A stretch of 38,766 nucleotides of DNA, from the NCBI GenBank assembly GCA_964236955.1, contig CAXSGP010000004.1, positions 77,952 through 116,717 on the forward strand, written 5' to 3'. Position numbers and translations under genes: made by a program. This stretch comes from an uncultured Oligoflexus sp. (GTDB lineage Bacteria; Bdellovibrionota_B; Oligoflexia; Oligoflexales; Oligoflexaceae). The notes beneath the pieces are model-generated. The model searched no databases. It had not been told where the DNA came from and saw only the letters and a list, made by a program, of their open reading frames with translations. This document shows positions 1 through 9,267 of the stretch, piece after piece (the stretch's first letter is position 1; each line of letters opens with the position of its first letter).

Positions 1-579
1 TCCATCGTCGCAATAGGTGCTTCGACTGGAGGCACGGTGGCTTTGACGGAAGTTCTAACGTCCTTACCCGACGACATCCCGCCGATGCTGATCGTCCAGC
101 ATATCCCGCCCGTTTTTTCCAAAGCCTTTGCCGATAGGCTCAATTCGATTTGTCACTTTGAAGTGAAGGAAGCCGCTGACGGCGATGAATTGATGTCAGG
201 ACGGGTCCTTATCGCACCGGGCGGCAAACAGATGGCGCTCGTTTCCAGTGGCGGCAGGTTAATGGTGTCAATCAATGATTCTGAGCCTGTCAATCGCCAT
301 AAGCCTTCGGTAGACTATTTGTTTGACTCGGTCGCAAGAGTCAGCAAGGGCAAATCTCTCGGTATTATCCTCACAGGTATGGGTTCCGACGGTGCCCGTG
401 GACTGCTCGCCATGAAACAGTCAGGCTCCTTTACAGTGGCCCAGGACGAAAAATCCTGTGTGGTCTACGGAATGCCAAAGGAAGCGGTCAAGCTTGGGGG
501 CGTCGATCAAAGCGCTGATATCGAAAGGATTGCGGGCATCATCGAAAAATGGGCCACGGATCGTCGAAACGTCGCCTAG
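1..579 (+). CDS. cheB: Chemotaxis protein-glutamate methylesterase CheB, C-terminal catalytic domain (5' end outside window)
   Basis: Frame 1 is open from base 1 (SIVAIGASTGG). Catalytic motifs GASTGG, VQHIP, HKPSVD, LTGMGSDGA and VYGMP are present. Confidence 0.95.
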   Translation, partial: SIVAIGASTGGTVALTEVLTSLPDDIPPMLIVQHIPPVFSKAFADRLNSICHFEVKEAADGDELMSGRVLIAPGGKQMALVSSGGRLMVSINDSEPVNRHKPSVDYLFDSVARVSKGKSLGIILTGMGSDGARGLLAMKQSGSFTVAQDEKSCVVYGMPKEAVKLGGVDQSADIERIAGIIEKWATDRRNVA

Positions 580-623
580 TGCCGAAGATTTTCCAATGGG
601 ATCTCAATCAAAGGGCAGTGTGC

Positions 624-1241
624 TCAGGAGCTAAGGGCCAGTTTTTCTTGTCTAATGCCTTTATGCCCTTCGTCATTTGTGAATTCGGTGTTATCGGCTA
701 TGACTTGCGCCGGAATACCAACGGCGACTTTATTGGCTGGAATATCCTGTACCACGACGGCGTTGGCTCCAAGAAAACAACTGTCGCCAATTTCTATTTT
801 TCCTATCACCCGTACGCCAGCGCCAACGACGACATGGCGACCCAAAACTGGACTGCCTTTGAATCGGGCTGCACCGATTGTGTTGTTGCCGAAAAAAACG
901 CAGGCTTCGCCGATTACGGCATCGCCACCCACAACGGTTCCGAGCGTGTGAACGAAGTAGACTCCATGGTCGAGACGGATCTCACTGCCAAGTTCTATGG
1001 AATAGAATACAGTTTGAAAGAGACGCAAGAGACGATTGAAGAGAGGGATATGATACTTTCGACAAAGGCTTCGAAGGCGAAAGGTCACGAGGAGCAGATA
1101 AGCGTCGCATGCGAAAACAGCCCAGAACAGATTTTTCAGATTTACGACCCGCCCCTCATAGCTCAGTATAATTTCTAAGTCCTTTCTCACATCGTACCAA
1201 AAAGATTTCCCAACAGCTTTAGATGTCATAGTTGTGCTCAT
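624..1241 (-). CDS. Serine O-acetyltransferase-like left-handed beta-helix acetyltransferase (EPS-associated, EpsC/WcaB-like)
   Basis: Hexapeptide repeats (VVIG/GAGVRVIG/LGANAVV) ending in the typical VAVGIPA motif. Last gene of the wzx-GT2 operon, overlapping the GT2 stop. Confidence 0.85.
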   Translation of the reverse strand: MSTTMTSKAVGKSFWYDVRKDLEIILSYEGRVVNLKNLFWAVFACDAYLLLVTFRLRSLCRKYHIPLFNRLLRLFQTVFYSIELGSEIRLDHGVYFVHTLGTVVGGDAVIGEACVFFGNNTIGAARFKGSPVLGRHVVVGAGVRVIGKIEIGDSCFLGANAVVVQDIPANKVAVGIPAQVIADNTEFTNDEGHKGIRQEKLALSS

Positions 1242-2181
1242 CTTTTAGTCCTAAGACGAAATTGATGCAATAAAGGATGCTGCAGCAGCGGATCGCCGGG
1301 CCTGTAAAGCCCAGACGATGGAGCAATTTAGCGACTATTATCAAAGGTTGATTGAAGAGGGTCATAAAACCCGGCATCGTCCAGGTGGACTTGGCAATGA
1401 CCATTTTGGAGAGCGGGGGCTTTGCAAAGATTTGATAAGGGCTTAATTCGTCATGTTCCGGATAATATTTCGCCATCTTTAGGTCGTAACGGCCATAAAG
1501 GTAGGCTCGCCTTAAAAAGGAACGATAGTAGCCAGTGGGGGAATGGTGGTAAGCGTGAGCAGGCTCCAAGAAAGAAAATTGCGCACCGAAGTCGTATTCC
1601 AGCCTTAGGCCCAGCTCACGGTCCTCGGCTTGAATGAAGCTCGGGCTGAATCCCCCCGATTCTACATAAAGCTGCTTTCTAAGCGATACATTAGCGCTAA
1701 AAAAGTGCAATCCTGACGGCTGCAAAGTCCCCTGACGAAAGCCTTCGTAGATAAGGTGAATGGATTTTTCAAAGAAGTGTTCAAAAGCCGGTCGCCAGTA
1801 GTTTTCCCTCGGAGGAAGAATGGCGCCAAGAGCCACCGTCCGCACGGCCGATTTTTCATGAAATAGCAAGTGGTTTTCCAGAAAATCAGCTGAGCCCGGT
1901 TCCATATCATCATCAAGGAATAGCAAGACTTCCCCGCGAGCTTTCTCAACCCCAGCGGTTCTCGCCCTGGCCTGTCCCTGATTCGACTGGTGCACGACGA
2001 TAAACCAGCAATCGTCAAGGGAGTCGAGATAAATTCGGCTCCCGTCACTTGAGCCATCATTAACGACGATGATCTCCGAGTGTTTTCTATCCACCGATTG
2101 TGCCTTTAGCCATGAGACAAGCTTTTCTAATTGCTTGGTGCGATTGTAAGTCGGGACGATCACGGAGAGAAAAAGGCTCAC
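1219..2181 (-). CDS. Family 2 glycosyltransferase
   Basis: SVIVPTYNR, VNDGSSD, FLDDD (DXD) and EDRELG motifs. AGGAG RBS before the GTG start. Confidence 0.93.
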   Translation of the reverse strand: MSLFLSVIVPTYNRTKQLEKLVSWLKAQSVDRKHSEIIVVNDGSSDGSRIYLDSLDDCWFIVVHQSNQGQARARTAGVEKARGEVLLFLDDDMEPGSADFLENHLLFHEKSAVRTVALGAILPPRENYWRPAFEHFFEKSIHLIYEGFRQGTLQPSGLHFFSANVSLRKQLYVESGGFSPSFIQAEDRELGLRLEYDFGAQFSFLEPAHAYHHSPTGYYRSFLRRAYLYGRYDLKMAKYYPEHDELSPYQIFAKPPLSKMVIAKSTWTMPGFMTLFNQPLIIVAKLLHRLGFTGPAIRCCSILYCINFVLGLKDEHNYDI

Positions 2182-2182
2182 C

Positions 2183-3652
2183 TTAGCTCCTGTTTTTCGG
2201 CCAAAGCGTCTTTATATTGGCCACGTCTTTCGCGCTTACGATTCCGCTGAGCAACGCGTAGGGTATGCATAATAGAAAAAAGAGACAACGTGCCCAGAAA
2301 GAAAGCATGATTATGTCCTGATGGAAGTACATTCCGAACCAACAGGGAAGAAAGATAACCAGGCAGTTCCAAAGCAATCGTCCCGAAATGATTTTTTCAG
2401 GCAGCATGAGAAGCATAGCAAAGAACACATAGATCTCACATAAAAATGTCGCAAGACTGATTGCGAGGCCTGCACCACCTTCACCGAAGTGTTGGAGACC
2501 AAAAGGGATGAGTACCCAATCCAGAGCAATGTTAATGATGCCGCCGACGATAAAGATTACCGATAGGCGCTGTCCGCTGCTCGCCAGATAAAGACAAGCA
2601 CCCAGAAAAGTGTTGAGATACATCATGAGCATGACTGGGGTGAGGTAGGCTACGATTTTTTGCGAAGGGGCAAACTGCGAGCCATTGAGGATCGCGGCGG
2701 CGATATCCCCAAAGAGAATAAGGGCCACGGCCAATGGCAGGGCGCAAATCAACAGATTGTGTAGGTATTCCTTAACTTTTATCGAAAAACTGCCGTCCGA
2801 CAGTGCGAACGCTTTAGAGAGCACGGGCGTCACCGCATTTTGAAATACGGGGATAAGGAAAAGGCAGATGCCAATGATTTTATAGGCAGCTCCAAAGTAC
2901 CCAAGCTCGACGTTATTCGACAGCCTTGAAAGCATAAAGATATCAATTTGCGCATACACGCCATTGAGAACGCCTGCTAAATAGAAGGGCAGGCTGATCT
3001 TGAGCATGGTTCGAAGATGAGGTGTTTTAAGGCTCATCTGCACGAAATCCGATCGGCGCGCCACCCGAAAGAGATAGGCAAACCCAAAGGCCTCCGACGC
3101 GAGATGCATGGCGGCGACTGCGGCAATGCTAGGCGCTGTGTACAGTATGATCACCGAGCCTGTGACAAGAATTATTTTGACTATGACGCTCAGACGGGAA
3201 ACGAGGTAGACCTCGCCGAGAATGACGAAAATTTTTTGAAAAATGTCTTTCTGGAAAGTGAAGAGCGCCGCGTAGCCTCCCATAATCATCGTCGCCATTA
3301 GGGTTTCATGGTCGGCCCCTTGCCACCTTAGGCTTCCATACATCGCCAGTCCAATGACGACCGCCGTTACCCCTTCCAGGAGCAAGACGGTCCAGAGTAT
3401 CTCTTTTACATGATTGGGCTTTGAGGGTAGGGTCCGGTTGATATAGGCCGTGAGGCCAAGTGGCAAAAAGGTAAAAAAGAGATTGGCAAAAGATTCTGCA
3501 AAGACAAATATCCCCATCTTTTCGGGCCCGAAGATGCGCGGCATAAGCATCTTCAGGACGAGCGCGATGACCTGGGTCAAACCCACGGTGATGGTCATAA
3601 CGGAAAGGTTTTTCATAATCGATTGTTTTTGATCTTTTGTGGATTCCGTCAC
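2183..3652 (-). CDS. wzx: Wzx-type polysaccharide flippase (MOP family)
   Basis: Many TM segments, FGPEKMG and ELGYFGAAYK motifs, EPS context. Start moved from 3679 to GTG 3652, which has AAAGG upstream; 3679 abuts a promoter motif. Confidence 0.88.
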   Translation of the reverse strand: MTESTKDQKQSIMKNLSVMTITVGLTQVIALVLKMLMPRIFGPEKMGIFVFAESFANLFFTFLPLGLTAYINRTLPSKPNHVKEILWTVLLLEGVTAVVIGLAMYGSLRWQGADHETLMATMIMGGYAALFTFQKDIFQKIFVILGEVYLVSRLSVIVKIILVTGSVIILYTAPSIAAVAAMHLASEAFGFAYLFRVARRSDFVQMSLKTPHLRTMLKISLPFYLAGVLNGVYAQIDIFMLSRLSNNVELGYFGAAYKIIGICLFLIPVFQNAVTPVLSKAFALSDGSFSIKVKEYLHNLLICALPLAVALILFGDIAAAILNGSQFAPSQKIVAYLTPVMLMMYLNTFLGACLYLASSGQRLSVIFIVGGIINIALDWVLIPFGLQHFGEGGAGLAISLATFLCEIYVFFAMLLMLPEKIISGRLLWNCLVIFLPCWFGMYFHQDIIMLSFWARCLFFLLCIPYALLSGIVSAKDVANIKTLWPKNRS

Positions 3653-3679
3653 GATTTCGCCTTTTGATCGATCCAGCAC

Positions 3680-3707
3680 TTATCGGCAGGAATTTCCGTG
3701 ACGCTAG
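3680..3707 (-). promoter_or_regulatory. Sigma28 (FliA)-like promoter for the wzx-GT2-acetyltransferase operon
   Basis: Minus strand reads CTAGC-N15-GCCGATAA, with a perfect -10 box at 3680-3687 and a degenerate -35 box. Confidence 0.5.
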
Positions 3708-3842
3708 TATTTTTCGCGATGCCGGGGCTGATCCCGGTAAAAAGGAACATTGGGCTTTGATTTTTTCATAAACTGTGATGCCTTAACCCACTAACCCCTG
3801 CCACTTAGCGAAGACATGTTCCTTGCAGATACGACGCAAAAT

Positions 3843-3869
3843 TCATTATTAATCAGAATCTGCCGACAT
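3843..3869 (+). promoter_or_regulatory. Possible sigma28-like promoter for the co-polymerase/wzy/OPX operon
   Basis: TCAT-N15-GCCGACAT, ~30 nt upstream of ATG 3901. Weaker match than the minus-strand site. Confidence 0.3.
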
Positions 3870-3900
3870 TCATACCATTAAAGCTCATTGAGAGAGATCC

Positions 3901-5907
3901 ATGAAAGATTTCAGCGAACACATTGAAAAGGAACTCGTTGGCAACTGGAGTGATCCGAAGCCGATGCCTGACCGCGTCTACTTTATCAAAGTCTTTAAAA
4001 GAAATCTTTCAATAATCATCGCGGGCCTGAGCGTCACCCTCTTATGTTCAGTCGTGGCTCCCTGGTTAGTTGACGATACCTATCGATCGAGCGTGTACGC
4101 GGTTTTTGATCATCTCGACAGTAGTGCGCCCGACCCGTCGGGAAGCAATGCTCAGGTTCGCTACAATACCTTGGCCCGATTGTTTAAGGCTCGTTTTGAA
4201 TCACAGGATTTCGCCAAGCAAATCATGGGCAACCTTAGGGAAGCGGCGATTTCCGCCTCCGCCGGCCCCCTGACCCAATGGAGTTGGTTCAATAGCGCCG
4301 GCAACGGAGGGGCCGGCAGTAGCGAGGGCCGGGCCCGGAGTCTGTTAAAACAATTCGAAGCCTCTCCCGAAACCGATTCAGGAGTACTGGCCCTCAAAGC
4401 CTTTGCCTCTTCGGCAGAGGAAGCCCAAAAGTTGGCGAACGTCGGAATGGAGACGTTTATTGGCAGGGAACTTGATGAGCAGATTAAGAACCTCGAAATA
4501 AAGTTGGCCTTGCTCAAGAAAAATGTAAGTGCCGAGCCCGTGATCAAGGCTCAGGCCCTGCAGGACGACCAGAAGAATCCGGCTAAGCAAGCCGAGAAAT
4601 ATCAGAATGAAGACAAAGAACGCGAGCTTGACGAACGCCTTCGGGCTGTTAACAGTCAGATCGATCAGGTTCGCCGAGAGCGCGATTTAGCATTTACCAA
4701 TATCAAGCGGGACCTGGTCCGGCTCCAGACCAGCTTTCAGGCCAATCATCCCCTGGTCGTCGAGAAGCGCAAGGAACTGGAACTGATAACGACGCAGTAC
4801 AGAAGTAGCGAGGAGATGACGACGCGACAGGCCAACGAAATAAGGGAACAGCTTCGAACTGTCCGCTACCGCCAGTCCCGCAATCGTGATGTCACATCGA
4901 TAGAGATGAATTCCGCGCCGGATTATCAAGGAACATTTTTCGCTAATCTTAGCGATAGAATTAAGAGCATCGAGCTTGAAAAGCAAAATCTGATTCAGCA
5001 AAAGGAAGATTCCCTCAAACGAACCCGTCTGCAGATTCTTTATCCGGCCAGCATCGAACCTACGCCCTTTAAGAATGCCGGGCGGGTCGCGCGCTATGGT
5101 TTCCTAATTGGTGGGTTTCTGCTAACCGGACTGGCAGTCCTGCTTAAGGAATGGCAAAATCCATTGGCACGCGATGCCTGGCTGATCGAACGTGTGACCG
5201 GAAAGAAGATAATCTCGCAAATTTCACACAGAAATACTCATGAATACACCAATATTACTCCAGCTCTGGCCGACCGGATGCGATCACACCTTGGCAGGAT
5301 TGATCGGATCGATGAGGCGGCCCGGACTCTTCTCTCCTACCGGCGGCTCGAACTTTCCATCATGCAGCAGTGCAAAGGCGAGATCGTTCTCCTGATCAAT
5401 GCGGGATCCCAGGATCTGTCCGCCCAGGTTATTAAAAACTTTCTCAATATCTATGCGACCGATCATCAGGACGATTATCTCATGATCGACTGCAATCTCC
5501 AAGAACCCGTATTTAAGCAAGGGCCATCGGAACTGAAAGTCTTAAATCTTGCCGATTACATTGAAGGAACTGCCAAGTTTGAAGACGTCTGCATCAACCG
5601 CGAGCAGATGGAGGATTTCTCATTCGACGTTATTCCGCCAATGGCGGTGCTAAGTGGACTGCAAACCCGTATCTTCCGGCCTGAAAAAATCGGACCAGCG
5701 ATCGAAAATATACCTTTTAAATATAGAAAGATATTCATCCGCGGCATGCCCGCAGCCCATTTCATAGAAAATCGGGCACTCCTGTCGGTTGCCAGCGACG
5801 TCTTTATCTTTGTCGATGCGAAGCGAACCCATTACTTCGATTTGCAACGCACGCTTATTCATCTTGAATCTGAAAAAATCCGTGGCCTGGTGGCGATTGG
5901 AACCTGA
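3901..5907 (+). CDS. Polysaccharide co-polymerase (Wzc/GumC-like) with a degenerate C-terminal BY-kinase-like domain
   Basis: N-terminal TM, periplasmic coiled coil with the NHPLVV motif, and a second TM. The cytoplasmic P-loop-like domain retains LMIDCNL but has no GK[ST] Walker A and no C-terminal Tyr cluster. Confidence 0.82.
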   Translation: MKDFSEHIEKELVGNWSDPKPMPDRVYFIKVFKRNLSIIIAGLSVTLLCSVVAPWLVDDTYRSSVYAVFDHLDSSAPDPSGSNAQVRYNTLARLFKARFESQDFAKQIMGNLREAAISASAGPLTQWSWFNSAGNGGAGSSEGRARSLLKQFEASPETDSGVLALKAFASSAEEAQKLANVGMETFIGRELDEQIKNLEIKLALLKKNVSAEPVIKAQALQDDQKNPAKQAEKYQNEDKERELDERLRAVNSQIDQVRRERDLAFTNIKRDLVRLQTSFQANHPLVVEKRKELELITTQYRSSEEMTTRQANEIREQLRTVRYRQSRNRDVTSIEMNSAPDYQGTFFANLSDRIKSIELEKQNLIQQKEDSLKRTRLQILYPASIEPTPFKNAGRVARYGFLIGGFLLTGLAVLLKEWQNPLARDAWLIERVTGKKIISQISHRNTHEYTNITPALADRMRSHLGRIDRIDEAARTLLSYRRLELSIMQQCKGEIVLLINAGSQDLSAQVIKNFLNIYATDHQDDYLMIDCNLQEPVFKQGPSELKVLNLADYIEGTAKFEDVCINREQMEDFSFDVIPPMAVLSGLQTRIFRPEKIGPAIENIPFKYRKIFIRGMPAAHFIENRALLSVASDVFIFVDAKRTHYFDLQRTLIHLESEKIRGLVAIGT

Positions 5908-5910
5908 TCA

Positions 5911-7311
5911 ATGGCGAAAGACTGCTCACCGATGCATAAGATGGAGAATTTTCTTCTCGTCCTCCTTGGTGCGGGTCTCGCCCTCGACGTGCCGTCGTCA
6001 CGGGCTTACAACGAATATGAAGCCTGGACGGAAGTCCTCGGTAAGTTTCTATTTCACGGCTTTAAAGATCTCTATGGCATTCCTCTGCCCTTTACCCTTT
6101 TCGAAATCTTGTCTTATCTGAGTTTTCTCGCTGTGCTGATGACCTTCGGCCTGCAGTGGACAAAGCAGTGGAAGTTGATGGCCGCGCTAGCATTGATCCT
6201 GCCTGGAGCCGGGGTTATCGGTACGATTTCGGGAGAGCTAAGAGGCAATGCGATGACTCTTGCCCTGACCCAGCTTCACGTTGTGCCTTTAATCAGCGTA
6301 TGGCTTGGCCTTGGCTATTTTATGGGACTGCGTCCCGGCAATGACCTGCGGATATTTCGAGTCATCTTTCACGCCAGCTTATTTAAAGCCGTTTATGCTC
6401 TTTATGTTTATATAGCAATCTATGAGATGAGGATGGGCGAGCGGGAATTTCTTATCGACCATCCGACTTCAATTTATTTGGTCTGTGGAATGATCTACGC
6501 AGTATGGCAGCTACTCAGGCGGGATCTTGGCCTTCTCAGGAAAAGCCTATTTCTGGCGGCCTTGATAGGCCAGGCAACCGCCTATGTACTCAATGACAGA
6601 CGAGCCTCGTTCACAGGAGCACTGATCGCGATCCTCCTGCTGCCTTGGATTTTGCCACGCCGGCTTCGCATCGGTCTCGGGCCGCTTTACCGAAAGTGTT
6701 TTGGGGTGGGACTCATCGTCGCCTTCCTGTTCGCGCTCGAGGCGAGCAATCCCTATAGTTTTATCGGAGGTTTTAAGAGTGAAATTTTGAGCTCTGAGTC
6801 TTTAACCTATAGACACATAGAGAATTTTAATCTTCTTAGCGGTGTTATCAACGCCCCCTGGCTCGGCCTCGGATTTGGCACAGAATACCCGCAGGTTATG
6901 AAACTGCCCGATATCTCGCGGACCTTTCCGCTGTTTGCAGCGATTCCGCATAATACTCTCTATTTTCTTTGGACTTTCGCTGGTCCGCTTGGAATCGCAG
7001 GATTTTGCACTTTTAGTTGTGTGGTTCTCGTTCTTATCACGCGCTGTGGATGCTGGGCCCGCAGTAGTTCTCAATTGTTTTATGCGATCCTTGCCCTATT
7101 CCTTTGCGCGCAATGGATAAGCTTTGTGTTTTTCGATATGGGACTGCTCGAGGTTCGCAGTCACATGGTTTTCGGCTTGGTCATAGGTAGTTTGTTTCCG
7201 CAATACGCGCGTCACATCATGGAGTACGTCAATGAAAATTCTTCGAAATCTGTTTCTTTTGTTACTGAGTCTTTGGCTCTCCCATTGCACCACGACAATT
7301 CAGGGAAATGA
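5911..7311 (+). CDS. Wzy-like polymerase / O-antigen ligase family membrane protein
   Basis: Multi-TM protein with DRRAS, PWLGLGFG and PHNT motifs typical of the Wzy_C/O-antigen ligase family. Located between the co-polymerase and OPX genes. Confidence 0.8.
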   Translation: MAKDCSPMHKMENFLLVLLGAGLALDVPSSRAYNEYEAWTEVLGKFLFHGFKDLYGIPLPFTLFEILSYLSFLAVLMTFGLQWTKQWKLMAALALILPGAGVIGTISGELRGNAMTLALTQLHVVPLISVWLGLGYFMGLRPGNDLRIFRVIFHASLFKAVYALYVYIAIYEMRMGEREFLIDHPTSIYLVCGMIYAVWQLLRRDLGLLRKSLFLAALIGQATAYVLNDRRASFTGALIAILLLPWILPRRLRIGLGPLYRKCFGVGLIVAFLFALEASNPYSFIGGFKSEILSSESLTYRHIENFNLLSGVINAPWLGLGFGTEYPQVMKLPDISRTFPLFAAIPHNTLYFLWTFAGPLGIAGFCTFSCVVLVLITRCGCWARSSSQLFYAILALFLCAQWISFVFFDMGLLEVRSHMVFGLVIGSLFPQYARHIMEYVNENSSKSVSFVTESLALPLHHDNSGK

Positions 7312-7834
7312 TCTGTCTTTGGCCTTCAGGGGAAGAACCTTTACAGCTCAAGGCGAATACGTGATAGGCGTCAATGATAAATTGAGTGTCCAAATCCTTG
7401 GTGGAAGCGATGTTAATGGGGAATTTGTGGTGTCGCAGCAGGGTACAATCAGCCTCCCGTTGATCGGCTCGGAAAAGGCTTCGGGTCTGACGGAAAAGCT
7501 CTTTATGAAACGCCTTACTGAACGCTATGCGACCTTTGTGAAAAATCCAGTGGTTTCGGTCGGCGTCGTTGGTTATGAAAGTTATAAAGCGTTCATAACG
7601 GGGGACGTGAGGCATCCTGGAGTGTTTGTCTTCCAGGATAAGACGACGCTTCTCCAAGGGATTGCGACCGCTGGGGGTTTGGGTGATTTCGCAAAGGGCA
7701 CGATTATACTTCATAGAATTGGCAGGAAAGGAATCGTCGAGCGATATGTAACGACCTATGACAGTCTTCTTAAGGGCGAGCATCAACTTGATGGATTCGT
7801 TCTTGAACGAGGAGACGTGATCAATATCTTCTAA
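7232..7834 (+). CDS. Short OPX polysaccharide export lipoprotein (Poly_export + one SLBB domain)
   Basis: Lipobox-like LSHC, YVIGVNDKL...GTISLPLIG (PES motif), GDVRHPG, and LERGDVINI at the C-terminus. No Wza D4 helix. Confidence 0.9.
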   Translation: MKILRNLFLLLLSLWLSHCTTTIQGNDLSLAFRGRTFTAQGEYVIGVNDKLSVQILGGSDVNGEFVVSQQGTISLPLIGSEKASGLTEKLFMKRLTERYATFVKNPVVSVGVVGYESYKAFITGDVRHPGVFVFQDKTTLLQGIATAGGLGDFAKGTIILHRIGRKGIVERYVTTYDSLLKGEHQLDGFVLERGDVINIF

Positions 7835-7843
7835 GGAGGGCTT

Positions 7844-8038
7844 ATGTTGGCAAGTGCTTTAACCCTGGCGATTCTTTTCGTGTTATTCATTCCCGGCGTT
7901 TTCCTGGCCCATAAAAACCAGAGTCTGAACGGAAAATTTTTGATGAAATGCCTGGTCTTGAATTTCAGTCTTTTTGTGCTGCTCGGTCTGATTTTTAAGG
8001 CTTTGCCATGGTTCATCGATCCGCGTTTCAAATTGTGA
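7844..8038 (+). CDS. Small two-TM membrane protein (64 aa)
   Basis: Strong AAGGAGG RBS directly after the OPX stop. Two hydrophobic helices. Fills the gap up to the convergent barrel gene. Confidence 0.65.
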   Translation: MLASALTLAILFVLFIPGVFLAHKNQSLNGKFLMKCLVLNFSLFVLLGLIFKALPWFIDPRFKL

Positions 8039-8060
8039 AGGCTATGGCTTTTGCTGCCCA

Positions 8061-9251
8061 TCACCAGATCAGGCTATAGCGGGCCTGATAGATTTCGCGA
8101 AAATAACGCCGCAGTGAAAGATCGGTGTGTTCGGCTGAATAGCTCAAGCTTAAATTTGCATCCGGGAGACGAGCAACGAAGCGATGGCGAAACGTGTAGT
8201 TTCCCTCGACAATCTCGCTTTTATAATCGCTGCGACTGCCACGCAATTGATCGGCGGAGGCACGGGAGTGAGAACCTTTGGTCTCAAGTGTCTGATTTGC
8301 GAAAAAATCGATTTTAATCGAGCCGTAAAAGATATCGGCATAATAGTAGGGATCTCCAAGGCGCCGTCGATCCCTGGCATGAGTCCAGCCCACTTTATAG
8401 GCCGAAGAACCACGCATGCTTTCGGTATGCTCCTGACTTATTTCCCGTATCGGCGACAGTGCCTGATAGGCCGACGGCGAAGCAATGAGCCCACTGGTTT
8501 GAAACTGGAGAGTCATTCCCCAGAGTGCGCCCTGGCTTCGATTGCCTTGGTTATCCTGCCAGGCGTAGCCGTAGGAAATATCGGAGCTTAATTTTGGGCT
8601 GTAGCGGATAAGGTGCTCATGAATAACTTCCTCCTGCCGGCTCTCTGTGTCGGTGATACGCGTCCTGAGGCGGCTTGTCCACTCCAGGGAATGATGGTGC
8701 TCCCATGAGACCTGAGCGTCTTTTGACTCGATCTTTAAGGCTCCCTCCGTGCTTTTGCCTAATCCCAGATAAAAAGAAACTTCGTTTTTGACATCCCATG
8801 AAAGTTGATGGTAGACGCCACCGCCCATGCTTTCCAAGCTTCGTGCGTCGCGGTTTGCCGCTTCTTCGATAAGCTGTCCTATGGGATCAAAACCATGGGT
8901 TTTCATATAGGAAATTTCATAGTTGGTGCTCGACAGTTTTTGTCTTGAAAGGTAGTGGCTTCTGAAGGAGGAATTGCCATGGGGTGATAAGTTGGCTACA
9001 GCGGTTTCAACTTGAGCTTTGGTTTCCCAGAGTGAATCAAAATCTTCACGCAGCCATATGAATCCACCTTCAAGAGCCTTGTTGGTAGATCCGTATTGGG
9101 TTGCTGGATTGCTCGTGCTTAAATAGACATCCGCTGCCTTAAGCTCGAGCTCGGGATGAAACTGCCAGCTTTCGGCCTGAGCGGCTGTGGCTAAATTGCA
9201 AAGGATGCCAAAACCAACTCGCAAGAAAGCTCCAGGAAAAAATCGCATCAA
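8061..9251 (-). CDS. Outer-membrane beta-barrel protein, probable polysaccharide export porin partnering the short OPX
   Basis: Signal peptide (AAQA-E), alternating amphipathic strands rich in Y/W/S/G, and a C-terminal beta-signal-like YQARYSLIW. Co-oriented with the sugar transferase gene. Confidence 0.7.
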   Translation of the reverse strand: MMRFFPGAFLRVGFGILCNLATAAQAESWQFHPELELKAADVYLSTSNPATQYGSTNKALEGGFIWLREDFDSLWETKAQVETAVANLSPHGNSSFRSHYLSRQKLSSTNYEISYMKTHGFDPIGQLIEEAANRDARSLESMGGGVYHQLSWDVKNEVSFYLGLGKSTEGALKIESKDAQVSWEHHHSLEWTSRLRTRITDTESRQEEVIHEHLIRYSPKLSSDISYGYAWQDNQGNRSQGALWGMTLQFQTSGLIASPSAYQALSPIREISQEHTESMRGSSAYKVGWTHARDRRRLGDPYYYADIFYGSIKIDFFANQTLETKGSHSRASADQLRGSRSDYKSEIVEGNYTFRHRFVARLPDANLSLSYSAEHTDLSLRRYFREIYQARYSLIW

Positions 9252-9267
9252 TCAACATCCATGCTAA

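Noticed and set aside
549..1178. 209-aa plus-strand ORF
   Set aside because: Antisense shadow of the acetyltransferase gene, which has clear family motifs.
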